NCBI GenBank assembly: GCA_963758495.1 | Contig: CAVWVI010000004.1 | Location: forward strand, 960,001-1,024,000 | Reading direction: 5' to 3' | Length of the DNA: 64,000 bases | From: Oligoflexia bacterium | GTDB lineage: Bacteria > Bdellovibrionota > UBA1018 | Shown here: piece by piece, positions 11,877 to 21,969 of the stretch | Layout: every line of letters starts with the position of its first letter | How positions within the stretch are numbered: the first letter of the stretch is position 1 | Notes under the pieces: generated by a model | The model's input: the letters and a program-made list of their open reading frames with translations, nothing else | Told to the model about the DNA's origin: nothing | Databases searched by the model: none | Translations under genes and position numbers: made by a program

Positions 11877-12664
11877 AACTCCAATGGAGACTTGCTGCAT
11901 TAAAAAATGGTTTTCAGGATGCTACCGCCTATCGACTTGAGTTCTTATTTGAAATTTTAGGGTCTGCTTTTGTTCCTGCCGCTATTCAAGGAATACTTTG
12001 GTACGCTCTTTTTAAAGTAGGGGGTGCTACTCGAGTCGGGGGAATGACCTACTCCGACATGATTCATTATACTCTAGCCACTCTTCTTTTTAGCCAAGTC
12101 CGAGGCGGGGATCACGATTTTGAATTACAAGAGATGATTCGTTCTGGGCAACTCAGTAATTACCTTTTACGTCCTGTGGGGGTGGTAGAGTTCGTTTATC
12201 TACGCGGTGTGGCACCTCGAATCTTTATTGCAGCCTTTTGTCTAATTTTAGGAAGTACTATCGGAATCAAAATTGGCCTGTCTCCACTTCGAATGGCAGG
12301 TGCCATGCTTATGGCATTCATTGGGAATATTATTCATTATCAAATCGGTGCTATTCTTTCGACTACCGCTTTCTTATGGGAAGAAGCTTACAGCTTACTC
12401 ATGGTTAAAAATATGATCGTGAATTTACTTTCAGGGGAGTTAATTCCACTCAGTCTTTTCCCACCCTCTATGCAATGGATCTGGAAATCAACTCCCTTTT
12501 ATCTCTACGTCTATGGACCTACTCAATATGCATTAGGACATTGGAGTCATACAGAATACCTCCATCAATTAGGAATTGCAGCACTTTGGATGCTCGGAGC
12601 ATGGGTTTTCATTCGGTTGACATGGGCTTTAGGAATGAAGCGCTATTTAAGCCTAGGGGGTTAG
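11873..12664 (+). CDS. ABC-2 family permease (DUF990-like)
   Basis: Multiple TM segments, IRSGQLSNYLLRP, LSGELIPL, C-terminal GG. Confidence 0.88.
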   Translation: MKLQWRLAALKNGFQDATAYRLEFLFEILGSAFVPAAIQGILWYALFKVGGATRVGGMTYSDMIHYTLATLLFSQVRGGDHDFELQEMIRSGQLSNYLLRPVGVVEFVYLRGVAPRIFIAAFCLILGSTIGIKIGLSPLRMAGAMLMAFIGNIIHYQIGAILSTTAFLWEEAYSLLMVKNMIVNLLSGELIPLSLFPPSMQWIWKSTPFYLYVYGPTQYALGHWSHTEYLHQLGIAALWMLGAWVFIRLTWALGMKRYLSLGG

Positions 12665-12668
12665 TCTG

Positions 12669-13460
12669 ATGGATCTATTCAGATATCTAGAAGTCTATCG
12701 TGTTCAAATAAAGAATAATTTTATTCGTGAGGCTGTTTATCGAACGAATTTTTTGACGGCTGTAACAGTGGACATCATTTGGATTGCCGTCGAGCTCAGC
12801 TTATTCTCAGTTCTGTATGCAAACGTCACGACTCTAGCCGGTTGGACACAGGCACAAATTTACTTCTTTTTAGGAATTTTCTTTTCATCTGATGCGCTCT
12901 TTACGGTTTTTTTTCAGAGAAATTTTTGGAATTTTTCAGACTTAGTCAATAAAGGTGAACTTGATATTCTTCTTACTAAGCCTATTCACCCCTTGTTTTT
13001 GGCACTTTCACGCTCCATCAATCTGACCGCCGTATTCAATATTGTTTTAGGATTATCTATCGCTGTGCGATTTTCAAAGCCTGCTGGATTTTCAGGCGGG
13101 ATTTACTGGTCATTAGTAGCTTTATGGCTTCTCATTGGGCTTATTGCCGCTGTTCTGATTCGCTTTGCCTTTTCAGTTTGGGTCTTCTGGACTGATCGAA
13201 GTTGGGCTATTTCACGCCTTTACTATCAATTTTTTGCCTTTGCTACCAAGCCTGACACTTTATACCCCAAAGCGATTCGCTACTTAATTCTAACGGCACT
13301 GCCATTCGCCTTTATTGGGAGTGTGCCTGCTCGAGCGTTACTCTACGGCTTAGAGCTAAAAGAATATATGATGCTTTTTTCTGTCCTCTTTACATTTATT
13401 CTATTGAACTCTTTTCTATGGCAGCGCGGACTCAAACGTTATCAAAGCGCCAGTAGTTAA
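12669..13460 (+). CDS. ABC-2 family permease (DUF990-like)
   Basis: GELDILLTKP motif and GLKRYQSASS end. Confidence 0.88.
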   Translation: MDLFRYLEVYRVQIKNNFIREAVYRTNFLTAVTVDIIWIAVELSLFSVLYANVTTLAGWTQAQIYFFLGIFFSSDALFTVFFQRNFWNFSDLVNKGELDILLTKPIHPLFLALSRSINLTAVFNIVLGLSIAVRFSKPAGFSGGIYWSLVALWLLIGLIAAVLIRFAFSVWVFWTDRSWAISRLYYQFFAFATKPDTLYPKAIRYLILTALPFAFIGSVPARALLYGLELKEYMMLFSVLFTFILLNSFLWQRGLKRYQSASS

Positions 13461-13477
13461 ATCAGTCCAATTTTCCT

Positions 13478-13495
13478 TGGTCGCCACGGCGACCA
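13478..13495. promoter_or_regulatory. Putative parS site 1 (TGGTCGCC-AC-GGCGACCA)
   Basis: GC-rich palindrome in AT-rich intergenic DNA just upstream of the parA promoter. Confidence 0.7.
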
Positions 13496-13592
13496 CATAA
13501 AAATCTTATCGGAATCCATAATTAATTTTCTTTATCCTTGCACAAACTCAATAGGGGCATAAACTTTTTGTTCAAAACCCATGGAGGTGGTA

Positions 13593-14573
13593 ATGGCTTC
13601 ATTTCGCGAAATATGTTTTACACCAGCTGAATTTATTAACATAGCAAAACTCGATAAAGCTAAATTTTCACTACTTGAAAATGAGGGTCTACTCAAGACG
13701 GTAAAACGCCGCTTTGGCAATGTTGACCGAAAAATGATTACGCTTGAAGACATGAGAGAGTATTTCATTTCTACGAGAGACGGTCGCCGTGGCGACCAAG
13801 AATTAGAGAAGTACCTTCCTCATCATAAAATTCAGATGTTCTACAATGTCAAAGGCGGAACGGGAAAGTCTACCCTGACTGCTCAATATGTAATGAAAAC
13901 TGCAATGCTTGGATTAAAAGTCCTTGCTATTGACCTAGATGGACAGGGGCATCTCACCGTAAATCTCGATGTTTTAGATGCTCATGAACGTCCGACAATC
14001 TACGATGTGCTCATCAATGATCTTCCTTTCTCAGACGCCATCATGAATGTGGCGCCTGGATTGGACCTGGTTCCTGCCAATCTTGGTCTGTGCAATATTG
14101 AAATTCCACTCAACAACAAGGCAAGAAGGGAATATCGACTTTCTGAGGCCATTGCAAAGGTTGCAGATCAATATGATCTTATCGTAGCTGATACAAATCC
14201 TGCTGCTTCCATTCTCAATGGATCCATGCTGGTGGCAGCTCATTTGGTCAATGTAGTGTGCGCAACCAATCCTTTATCGTTTCATGGAATGTCATTGGTG
14301 ATGGCTACGATAGAAGGAATGGAACGAGAATTTAAGCACGCTCTTGAGGTCAAAATTATTCCTAATATGTACGACAATCGGGAGGTCATCAGTCAAGAGG
14401 TACTGGGAGAATTACGATCGCAATTTTCAGAGAATTGTACTCATGCAGTCATCAACCGAAGTGCGGACCTGAATGAGGCGACAAAAAGAAGAACGACTGT
14501 CTGGGGAGTGAATCCCAAAGGGGTCGCTGCAAAGGATATCAAAGCACTCACTGACGAGTTGCTTTCCACTTAA
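13593..14573 (+). CDS. parA: ParA partition ATPase with N-terminal HTH-like extension (type Ia-like)
   Basis: Deviant Walker A KGGTGKST, IDLDGQG, DTNP; about 80-aa N-terminal extension; GGAGG SD before ATG 13593. Confidence 0.9.
   Translation: MASFREICFTPAEFINIAKLDKAKFSLLENEGLLKTVKRRFGNVDRKMITLEDMREYFISTRDGRRGDQELEKYLPHHKIQMFYNVKGGTGKSTLTAQYVMKTAMLGLKVLAIDLDGQGHLTVNLDVLDAHERPTIYDVLINDLPFSDAIMNVAPGLDLVPANLGLCNIEIPLNNKARREYRLSEAIAKVADQYDLIVADTNPAASILNGSMLVAAHLVNVVCATNPLSFHGMSLVMATIEGMEREFKHALEVKIIPNMYDNREVISQEVLGELRSQFSENCTHAVINRSADLNEATKRRTTVWGVNPKGVAAKDIKALTDELLST
13782..13797. promoter_or_regulatory. Putative parS site 2 (GGTCGCC-GT-GGCGACC) inside parA
   Basis: Inverted copy of site 1 (19 bp identical), in the linker-coding part of parA. 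Confidence 0.7.
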
Positions 14574-14608
14574 TCAATTCAGCTGAATCAATACAGAAGG
14601 AGATTCTC

Positions 14609-15508
14609 ATGGATGAAACGAAAAAAGACGATCAGGCAAATTCAAAGATTAAAACTCGACAAGGCAGCGGTTACCTTAAACAGCTCTACTCAACCGCAAA
14701 AACAACCGCAGGATCAACTCACTCTCACCTCAAAAATCTCACCACGTTTTTAGTCAATTTCATTCCGGTCGAAAAAGTAGATGCATCAGAACTTCAAGTT
14801 CGAGTGCATTTTGACGATTCTGAAATCGCTGGGCTTTCACACTCCATTAAAGAACACGGAGTGTTGCAGCCTATTTTAGTCGTGCAAGATGGAGATCGAT
14901 ATAAAGTTATCGCAGGTGAACGAAGACTCCGTGCAGCTAAGATGGCCGGACTGGAACGAATTCCTGCCCGTGTCTTATCTACCAACGATAAGGCTACTCA
15001 TGAAATTGCACTCCGTGAAAATCTAGATCGAGTTGATTTACATCCCATTGAAGAAGGAGAAGGCTATGTTTCTCTCTTGGAGGCTCAGGCCTATACAAGT
15101 CACGACGCGATAGCAAAAGCATTTAGCAAGCCAAAATCAAGAATTACAGAGTGTATAGGCTTCACAAGATTGCCACAGAGCACAAAAACTGAGCTACTTC
15201 GCATCGGAATTAAAAATAGGGCGCTTCTTCGTCAACTCCTCAATCTCAGTCCCGAAAAACATCTCACCTTAATCTCCGAGGTAGCAGGAAAAGAAGAAAC
15301 TCTGGAAGTTCGAAATGGACTCCCTCTTTCACCTCCAACTGAGAAAGGAGGATTAAAACCACTGCCTAAGCCATTTCAATACCGGGCCGATCGCAGAGTT
15401 GTCTCTGTCCCCAGCTTTAAGTGGAAAAAGAGCCAAGATATTCAAATCCTAAAATCTTATGCAGACACACTTCGAAAATTACTAACAGAGATTGAAGCTC
15501 TTATGTAA
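14609..15508 (+). CDS. parB: ParB partition protein
   Basis: SIKEHGVLQPILV, AGERRLRA arginine patch, ENLDRVDLHPIEE, HTH. Confidence 0.92.
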   Translation: MDETKKDDQANSKIKTRQGSGYLKQLYSTAKTTAGSTHSHLKNLTTFLVNFIPVEKVDASELQVRVHFDDSEIAGLSHSIKEHGVLQPILVVQDGDRYKVIAGERRLRAAKMAGLERIPARVLSTNDKATHEIALRENLDRVDLHPIEEGEGYVSLLEAQAYTSHDAIAKAFSKPKSRITECIGFTRLPQSTKTELLRIGIKNRALLRQLLNLSPEKHLTLISEVAGKEETLEVRNGLPLSPPTEKGGLKPLPKPFQYRADRRVVSVPSFKWKKSQDIQILKSYADTLRKLLTEIEALM

Positions 15509-16811
15509 TTAAGAAGCATTCAACTGATTGAGATTAATTCCAATTAAAGGCCATTTTGCATGACGGCCCTGTTGTTTAAGTAGGCCTTGGAGATAGCTGT
15601 TCAACTCATTGGTTCGAATATGGCCGTCCAATGAAGCGCGACGTAGAAGAACTCGATCACCCTGTCGAATCACTATCCCCTGATGGGTGATTAAGACAGG
15701 GTGAGTCCCTGTGCTTCTATGAACCAGACTCAGGACAGCCCCATCAGGAATTTCTTTCATGACTTTTTGGATATGAGAAATCTCAATATAAGGAACCTTT
15801 GCCTGCACTGGTTTTGACCATATTTTGTTAGCATGGGCTAATGAAGATAGATTCCTAGCAATCCTATGTTGTTTAATTTGACTTTTTAACCACTGGGCGC
15901 GATTCACCTGTTTTTTCTCAATCCGAACTTTCAAGCCACCTTTTTGAGCGACTTGCCTTGTAATATCCCTAATAATCTCAGCTTTTTGATTATTGGGGAT
16001 CCAATCTGCTTCAAGTAAATGATTATGAGAAAAAAAGTCGGACTTTCCACCGCTATAACGAATCGCTAATAAGTTATTAAAAAAATAATCCGGAGTCTCA
16101 CTCCTTGCCAGAGCAGCTACAGTTTCTATGAAAGTGATAGAATTATATTCATTTGGAACTATCGGAGTTAAATCATTCACTTGATGCCCATGAGCCAAAG
16201 AAAGTAATTTCTGTCTGCCTTCCTTATTTTTCTCTAAATAGGCACTCCAGTAATCAATCCTTTCCTGAAAACCGAGAAATTTTACATCATTAAACTCTGA
16301 TGACAATGGACTACTTACAGTAGCAAGATGAGGAGATGCCGCCTGAAGCTTCAGGGTTTCCACTTTATCCGCTGCGCCAGGTGTCATGATCTTATTTTGA
16401 ACATTAGATTGAACATTAGAATGAATATTTTTTCCGCCCTTATGGTTTACATAAAACAAAATCACTAATGACAATCCTAAAACTAGACCACCCATCGTGT
16501 AGTAAGCAGTGCGCCGATTGCGTTTTAAATGAGGAACGGAGCGAAGTGCATGAGGAACCACCACTCGCTGCTCTGGCTTCTTCTCACTCACAGTTACCTC
16601 TGGAGGTGAAGTATGATTTGGCTTTGCTTTTTCAATAGGTGGATCGACCAGTGAGGTAGGAATTCTCTTGGATTGAGTGGATGTCCTTTTATTGGTTACT
16701 TGGGTTACTTGGGTTACTCGGCTTACTCAGCTTACTCTGGCCCACCTTGAGCACTTTAGAACGAGTTACTTTACGATTAGTTTTTTTCTTTTTTACCAGT
16801 TTCTTTATCAT
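15509..16811 (-). CDS. Membrane-anchored DUF1460 (amidase-like) protein, frameshift near 16694
   Basis: TFIETVAALA, AIRYSGG, DWIPNN, YI and THQG motifs; the basic N-terminal ORF (ATG 16811, AAGGAG SD) joins the 15509-16591 frame if one C is restored in the third AGTAACCCA repeat. Confidence 0.7.
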
Positions 16812-16941
16812 GCACACTCCTTTGTACATAATGTGCATCGGCATCCCTGGAAAAAACCTGAAAGAAATCTGAAAAAAATTTAACTTAAGCGGAAATGGCA
16901 CGGTATGTGCTCTCCCCCAGACAAAAATTGAGGGGAAAACC

Positions 16942-17361
16942 GTGACACAACGAAGAGATGAAAGATTTGAATTCTTTGGAAAAGTATTTTGGAACTTTTT
17001 TGCTCAAGGTGCTGATAAAAGGTCCGGCTATCTTGGGAACATTTCAAATTCTGGCTGTTTACTAAAAACAACCGAAGCGATTGAAAATCGAAGATGGATT
17101 CGACTGATCATTGAAGACAAATCGAATCATCTTTACTTTGTTGCAGTAGGTCGAGTGGTCCGACGTCAGAATTTTTTGGAAATTCTAAACGCCGGCACAG
17201 ATTTTACCCTCTATCAGCACGGTATTGAATTTACTTACCCAAATTACTTTTCTTGTGCTGCGACAGATTTAATTTTAGCTTTATCTAGAAGAAACTTGAT
17301 GGTTCGCTCTTGCCTGAGTCTAAATTCCAAATCTTCTTTACGACCTGAATTTTTGGCGTAG
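16942..17361 (+). CDS. PilZ-domain protein
   Basis: RRDER (RxxxR) and NISNSG (N/DxSxxG) motifs, GRVVR, GIEF. Confidence 0.8.
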   Translation: MTQRRDERFEFFGKVFWNFFAQGADKRSGYLGNISNSGCLLKTTEAIENRRWIRLIIEDKSNHLYFVAVGRVVRRQNFLEILNAGTDFTLYQHGIEFTYPNYFSCAATDLILALSRRNLMVRSCLSLNSKSSLRPEFLA

Positions 17362-18638
17362 TATTCCTGAAGCTTTGTTTTTTCAACGTTCATTGTAACT
17401 GAGAGTCGATCTATTTCCATTTCTACTTCTTCAGTATTTATGGAAATACCTTCTTCTTTAGCAATCGCTTCAAGGACTAAACTGGCTCTTACCTGATTTT
17501 CAGCACGTTTTTTTAAATTTTCAATCTCATGCGTAATGGTCTGTTGAATGAATTTTTCTTCATAACCTTGCTTTTTTAAGTCTTGTGCCCAATCTTCCGC
17601 TAAAGCGCGAGTCTGCCCCTCAATCAAAGCAACAGGAACATCAAAGTGATTTTTTTCAATGATCTTACCCAGTAATTCACTTTGCAATTTTTGCTCAGAA
17701 TCGGCTATACGTTCACGTTGCAAAAATTCGCGAGCTTTTACACGTAAATCGCCCAAATTCTCGTGGCCTACCTGCTTTGCAAATTCATCATCCAAAACAG
17801 GAAGCTTTTTCTCTTTCACTTCGTTCACGGTTACAGTGAACTCAACTTCATGCCCTGCCAATGATGTTTCAGCAAAGTCACTCGGGAAAGTGAGTCGAAA
17901 CGTCTTGGTTTCACCCCGTCTCATGCCAATTAAATTTTCTTCAAAGCCAGGGATCCAAGTATTGGCTCCGACTTCGATCATCCTGCTACCTTGCATATCA
18001 GGACGAATCTGAACGGTATTATCCGTTACCATGCCACCCGAAAACTTTATGTCTACAAAATCACCGTTTTGTACAGGTCGAGATGATTCAGACCCATCAG
18101 CTAAAGCAAGACCACTCGAGGCAGGAACCAATTGACCTTGGGAGTTTTGTAAGTTGATCACCACTTTCTCAACCTGATCATCAGTAATGTCCACTTTTTC
18201 TTGATTTACAGCGATCCCTGTATAGCCCTTTACCTTAACTTCAGGCATCACTTCAAAAGTTGCTGTGAAAGTCAATTCTTGATCTTCTTTCAAAGTATGA
18301 TCGTGATCGCCTTTTCCCGTTTGATGATTTGGGGTGTCAATATGAGGTCTTCCGAGTACTCGAATTTCCTTTTCTTTGACAGCTTGATCAAAAGACTCAT
18401 CAATTAAATTATGAAATACGCGATGGCGGACATCTTCACCATAATACTGTTTTACAAGAGAAAGAGGCACCTGGCCTACACGAAATCCCTTTACTTGGGC
18501 AGTCTTCTGAACCGTTACCAAGCCCCGATCTAGATGTTTTTGCACCTCATGGGAAGGAACCTTAATAGTTAGTTTACGTACTATACTAGAGGGTGTTTCT
18601 ACTTCTACGCTAAATTCCATACTTCGTGTGGTTGCCAT
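17244..18638 (-). CDS. tig: Trigger factor
   Basis: GFRVGQVP ribosome-binding loop, IPGFEENLIG FKBP motif, LDDEFAK. Confidence 0.95.
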   Translation of the reverse strand: MATTRSMEFSVEVETPSSIVRKLTIKVPSHEVQKHLDRGLVTVQKTAQVKGFRVGQVPLSLVKQYYGEDVRHRVFHNLIDESFDQAVKEKEIRVLGRPHIDTPNHQTGKGDHDHTLKEDQELTFTATFEVMPEVKVKGYTGIAVNQEKVDITDDQVEKVVINLQNSQGQLVPASSGLALADGSESSRPVQNGDFVDIKFSGGMVTDNTVQIRPDMQGSRMIEVGANTWIPGFEENLIGMRRGETKTFRLTFPSDFAETSLAGHEVEFTVTVNEVKEKKLPVLDDEFAKQVGHENLGDLRVKAREFLQRERIADSEQKLQSELLGKIIEKNHFDVPVALIEGQTRALAEDWAQDLKKQGYEEKFIQQTITHEIENLKKRAENQVRASLVLEAIAKEEGISINTEEVEMEIDRLSVTMNVEKTKLQEYYAKNSGRKEDLEFRLRQERTIKFLLDKAKIKSVAAQEK

Positions 18639-18678
18639 GGCGGAAGTTTTAGTCGAGAGTGAACTCAAATGTCAAGAC

Positions 18679-19488
18679 TTACCAACGTAAACCAAACGAC
18701 TCAGGGTACCATACTTGCTCAAGCCACAACGCCCGAGCAGGAGCTGTAGGCCCCACATCTAAGCGATTTCGAGTCCTTAAGATCTCTAAGGTACACTCGG
18801 GAGATCGTCGGCCCTCACCCACTTGAAGCAAAGTACCCGCAATTCCTCGCACCATTTGTTTTAAAAATCCGGTACCCATAATTCTTATTCGAATCAAACC
18901 AAAGGAATGACTCGCTCCAGCAGGAAAAGAAATGGGTTGATAGCTCACATCCGCTTCAAGAATAGTCCTCACAGTGGGACCCGGCTTCGCCCCAGATGCC
19001 TGAAAAGGCTTAAAATCATGCTCACCGACTAGGTATTGAAGTGATTCAGAAAGGCGACTTTGATCTAATCTTTTATGAATCCACCAACTCAAAGGCTCCA
19101 AATGAGGCACGGGACAAGGGCCTTGTTGAAAATAATAGCTATATTGCTTTTTTTCGGCACTTCTCTGAGCATGAAATTCAATTAAAACAGTTTTAACTCC
19201 AAGAATCCGGATATTCATGGGAAGTAAGCCATTCAAACCACGTTGAAGAATCTGAGGATCCCACTCTTTTCCTCGCAGTATAAAATGAGCAACCTGTCCC
19301 ATGGCATGAACGCCCGAATCAGTTCGACCACTTCCCACAATGGACACGGTCTCACCTGTCATCCGCTGAAGAGCCTGTTCAATTGTAGCTTGAATGCTCG
19401 GATAACCTGAAGCACCAGAGCCTTTCTGCTTTTGCCAGCCACAGTAATCACTTCCTACATAAGATATGAGTAAACAATACTTCCACAT
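18679..19488 (-). CDS. truA: tRNA pseudouridine(38-40) synthase
   Basis: GWQ, GRTDSGVHA, FLKQMVR, TAPARAL. Confidence 0.95.
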   Translation of the reverse strand: MWKYCLLISYVGSDYCGWQKQKGSGASGYPSIQATIEQALQRMTGETVSIVGSGRTDSGVHAMGQVAHFILRGKEWDPQILQRGLNGLLPMNIRILGVKTVLIEFHAQRSAEKKQYSYYFQQGPCPVPHLEPLSWWIHKRLDQSRLSESLQYLVGEHDFKPFQASGAKPGPTVRTILEADVSYQPISFPAGASHSFGLIRIRIMGTGFLKQMVRGIAGTLLQVGEGRRSPECTLEILRTRNRLDVGPTAPARALWLEQVWYPESFGLRW

Positions 19489-20483
19489 CAGTATTCAATA
19501 GCCAATCCCATCACTATACCGTTAGTCGTGAAGTGAACATCACCGCCAAGAGTGGAAAGACGGCTATAATCTATCGTTAAGTAGCTATGTTTAACGCTAT
19601 AATTTGTATAAAGATCCCACGAACTTTTTGAGCTCATCCAATCTAATAGAATAGACACCCCCAAGGAGGTGAGAAGCCCACGGGAATCTCCATGATAACC
19701 CGCTATTGAATCACTTCTCATTTCTAAGTAACCGATGAGAGTCGGGGCAACTACCACATAAGGTCTAAGAATACGAAAAAGATTAAATCGGTAACTCAAA
19801 CCCAAAGAGACGGGGATCGTAAAAAATTGAAATTTAACATTTGAAAGGCTGGAAAAATACCCACCATTCGGTTGGGCTATAGGAAAAGCAAATTGACCAT
19901 AGCCATTAAAGTAAGCCAGCCCCCCCATTCCTATGATCCCTAGGTTTCCAAACCACTCACTATGAAAGGGCTGAAACTCATAAAAAAAGGATAAGTCGGG
20001 TGCATAATTGCCACCATAGATGCTGCTAAAGCTAGCCTTTAAGATCCCCGGTGCTGCACTCACATCTCGCGTGAGTGAAACCCCATACCTCATGCCAAAT
20101 GCATGATGAATATCACCGGTTTTTTTTGCTTCTAATTGTGAATTCCCTTCCTTTACCGCTTGAATAGCTCCGCCCAACTCTTTAGGGGCCAGTTTTGCTT
20201 TCTCATGATCAATATAGGTCTCATCTTCATTGGGTGGACCTTTTTGCACTTCAGGGTCCGTCGCTTTCAACTTTTCGATATAGGACGAATTCGAAGTGGG
20301 CTCTTTATGCTCTAAGTTTTTTTTTATAATTTCACTGTAGTTTTCCGACGATGATTTTTCCGGTCCTATTTCTTTTTTTAACTGCTCAATATAGGAACCA
20401 TTTGGATTTTCATCCGCAAAACTGATGACTGGTAGAAAAAAAATTAAAAACCCAGTAGCCCAACGCTTCGGACTAAGTCTCAT
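19488..20483 (-). CDS. Outer-membrane beta-barrel protein
   Basis: Signal peptide, amphipathic strands, PYVVV, terminal aromatic residue (LAIEY). Confidence 0.65.
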   Translation of the reverse strand: MRLSPKRWATGFLIFFLPVISFADENPNGSYIEQLKKEIGPEKSSSENYSEIIKKNLEHKEPTSNSSYIEKLKATDPEVQKGPPNEDETYIDHEKAKLAPKELGGAIQAVKEGNSQLEAKKTGDIHHAFGMRYGVSLTRDVSAAPGILKASFSSIYGGNYAPDLSFFYEFQPFHSEWFGNLGIIGMGGLAYFNGYGQFAFPIAQPNGGYFSSLSNVKFQFFTIPVSLGLSYRFNLFRILRPYVVVAPTLIGYLEMRSDSIAGYHGDSRGLLTSLGVSILLDWMSSKSSWDLYTNYSVKHSYLTIDYSRLSTLGGDVHFTTNGIVMGLAIEY

Positions 20484-21969
20484 TCGCTCTCCCCCAAATC
20501 ACTGCGCCTGAAACCATGCAAGTGACAAAGATGATCAGAAGCAATTGAGGGTGCAGGCAAATCCACGCAATCATCTCCAAAGGAGAAAGGCTGAGAAGAA
20601 CTAAACATCGAAAGACCGGATGTAAATTTAACCATTCTGCTGCCCCCGGAGACCAACTGTAGTACCAATTCACGAAGCTTTCGCCCAGTGAGCTTCTCAA
20701 TAAAACTCGGTCACGAAACTCTCTTAATAATACCACAGGAGTAGCATCTATCGACCGAAATGCGGCCGTAGCAATAAAACAACCATTCTTAGATAAAAGC
20801 CCTTGAATTGCCCCCGTATAGACAGGCTCTAAAATACAACTATTTACAGTGGGATTAGGGGGCGCATAGATGCCTGATGCATCCTGAATGATAAAAGAAA
20901 GAAAATAGGGGACCGGGATAGATTGGGTGCTATTTACAAATCCCCCCACCGGTTGGGCGGCCACACCTAATGGTATACTCTGCGCCACCAAAGTATTTTG
21001 TAAAAATCCGAGGCTCTGAGTATTAGGGGCTGTCCCCACGTTCCCCACGACAATGAGGCTGGAAGCAGGAGTAGAAGTCGAGGATAAACCAAAAAGTGTA
21101 GTATTCAGATAAATCTGAGTATCACCCGGCGTGTAGCCTTGAGAGGCTAAAGTATTTGGATCTGTACAAGCAAAAACAGGAGAATCCACCCCAAAAGATA
21201 GGGTCACCGGAGTGGTCATGGAGTCAAGTGTTGGAGTGGTGGACGGCATTGTCGTAGGATTTAAATTAGGCGAATTGACCAGAGAAAATGAGACTTGCAT
21301 TGTAGTGGGAGTTCCGGCTTGTGGCGCCGTTAAAATACTCGTTTGAGCATCTCCAGCAACACAGCCTTGAGCAGCGCCTCCCCCTGATGCCGCATAAGCT
21401 GCACAAATATCTGATGGATAAATACCCACTCGTACCGTGGCTTGGGGAGTGGGATAGGACACTGCATAATAAAGATTTTGATTGTTTCCTGCGGGTGCCG
21501 TCCCTGTTGAAGGGGATGGAATTTGATTTTGTCCAATACAGATCCCATTGCCATTCGCACTACACGAAACTCCATTGATCGCCGCAATAGGTATAGGACG
21601 CGCAGGAGTCGTGGCCGGACTGGTTTGAGCCATAATCACAACAGGCTGACCTGTCGTTTGAAAAAGCTTATCGGAATAGAAATAGAACTCAACCATGTTA
21701 GCTAAGCCAGAATCATTAATAGAAAATTTTGTGGGATCAATCGGCGCAAAATTAATAAAATCTGGAGAAGTAGGAGCTGGATTCATCACGAAATAATAAA
21801 ATGTCCCGCCAGTACTAGTAGATCCAGACACACTTCCCGCATTACTAGGAGAAAGTGTAATCAATGCATGTACTTCCCGTACAGGAAGACTGAACAGGGC
21901 ACCTACAAAAACAGAAAGGATAAATCTATTGTAATGCTTTGAGTAAAATCTCACCCATTTGGACAGCAT
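20473..21969 (-). CDS. Ser/Thr/Pro-rich surface protein with CFI-box-CTERM domain
   Basis: GCFIATAAF...LREFRDRVL...FVNWYYSWSP followed by TM segments; N-terminal signal; exact start uncertain. Confidence 0.8.
   Translation of the reverse strand: MLSKWVRFYSKHYNRFILSVFVGALFSLPVREVHALITLSPSNAGSVSGSTSTGGTFYYFVMNPAPTSPDFINFAPIDPTKFSINDSGLANMVEFYFYSDKLFQTTGQPVVIMAQTSPATTPARPIPIAAINGVSCSANGNGICIGQNQIPSPSTGTAPAGNNQNLYYAVSYPTPQATVRVGIYPSDICAAYAASGGGAAQGCVAGDAQTSILTAPQAGTPTTMQVSFSLVNSPNLNPTTMPSTTPTLDSMTTPVTLSFGVDSPVFACTDPNTLASQGYTPGDTQIYLNTTLFGLSSTSTPASSLIVVGNVGTAPNTQSLGFLQNTLVAQSIPLGVAAQPVGGFVNSTQSIPVPYFLSFIIQDASGIYAPPNPTVNSCILEPVYTGAIQGLLSKNGCFIATAAFRSIDATPVVLLREFRDRVLLRSSLGESFVNWYYSWSPGAAEWLNLHPVFRCLVLLSLSPLEMIAWICLHPQLLLIIFVTCMVSGAVIWGRANET

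Noticed and set aside
13478..15508. Canonical origin-proximal parAB locus
   Set aside because: No rsmG/mnmG/dnaA context, no canonical parS seen, and ParA has a plasmid-type extension
16689..16901. Independent small basic histone-like protein
   Set aside because: Better explained as the frameshifted N-terminus of the DUF1460 gene
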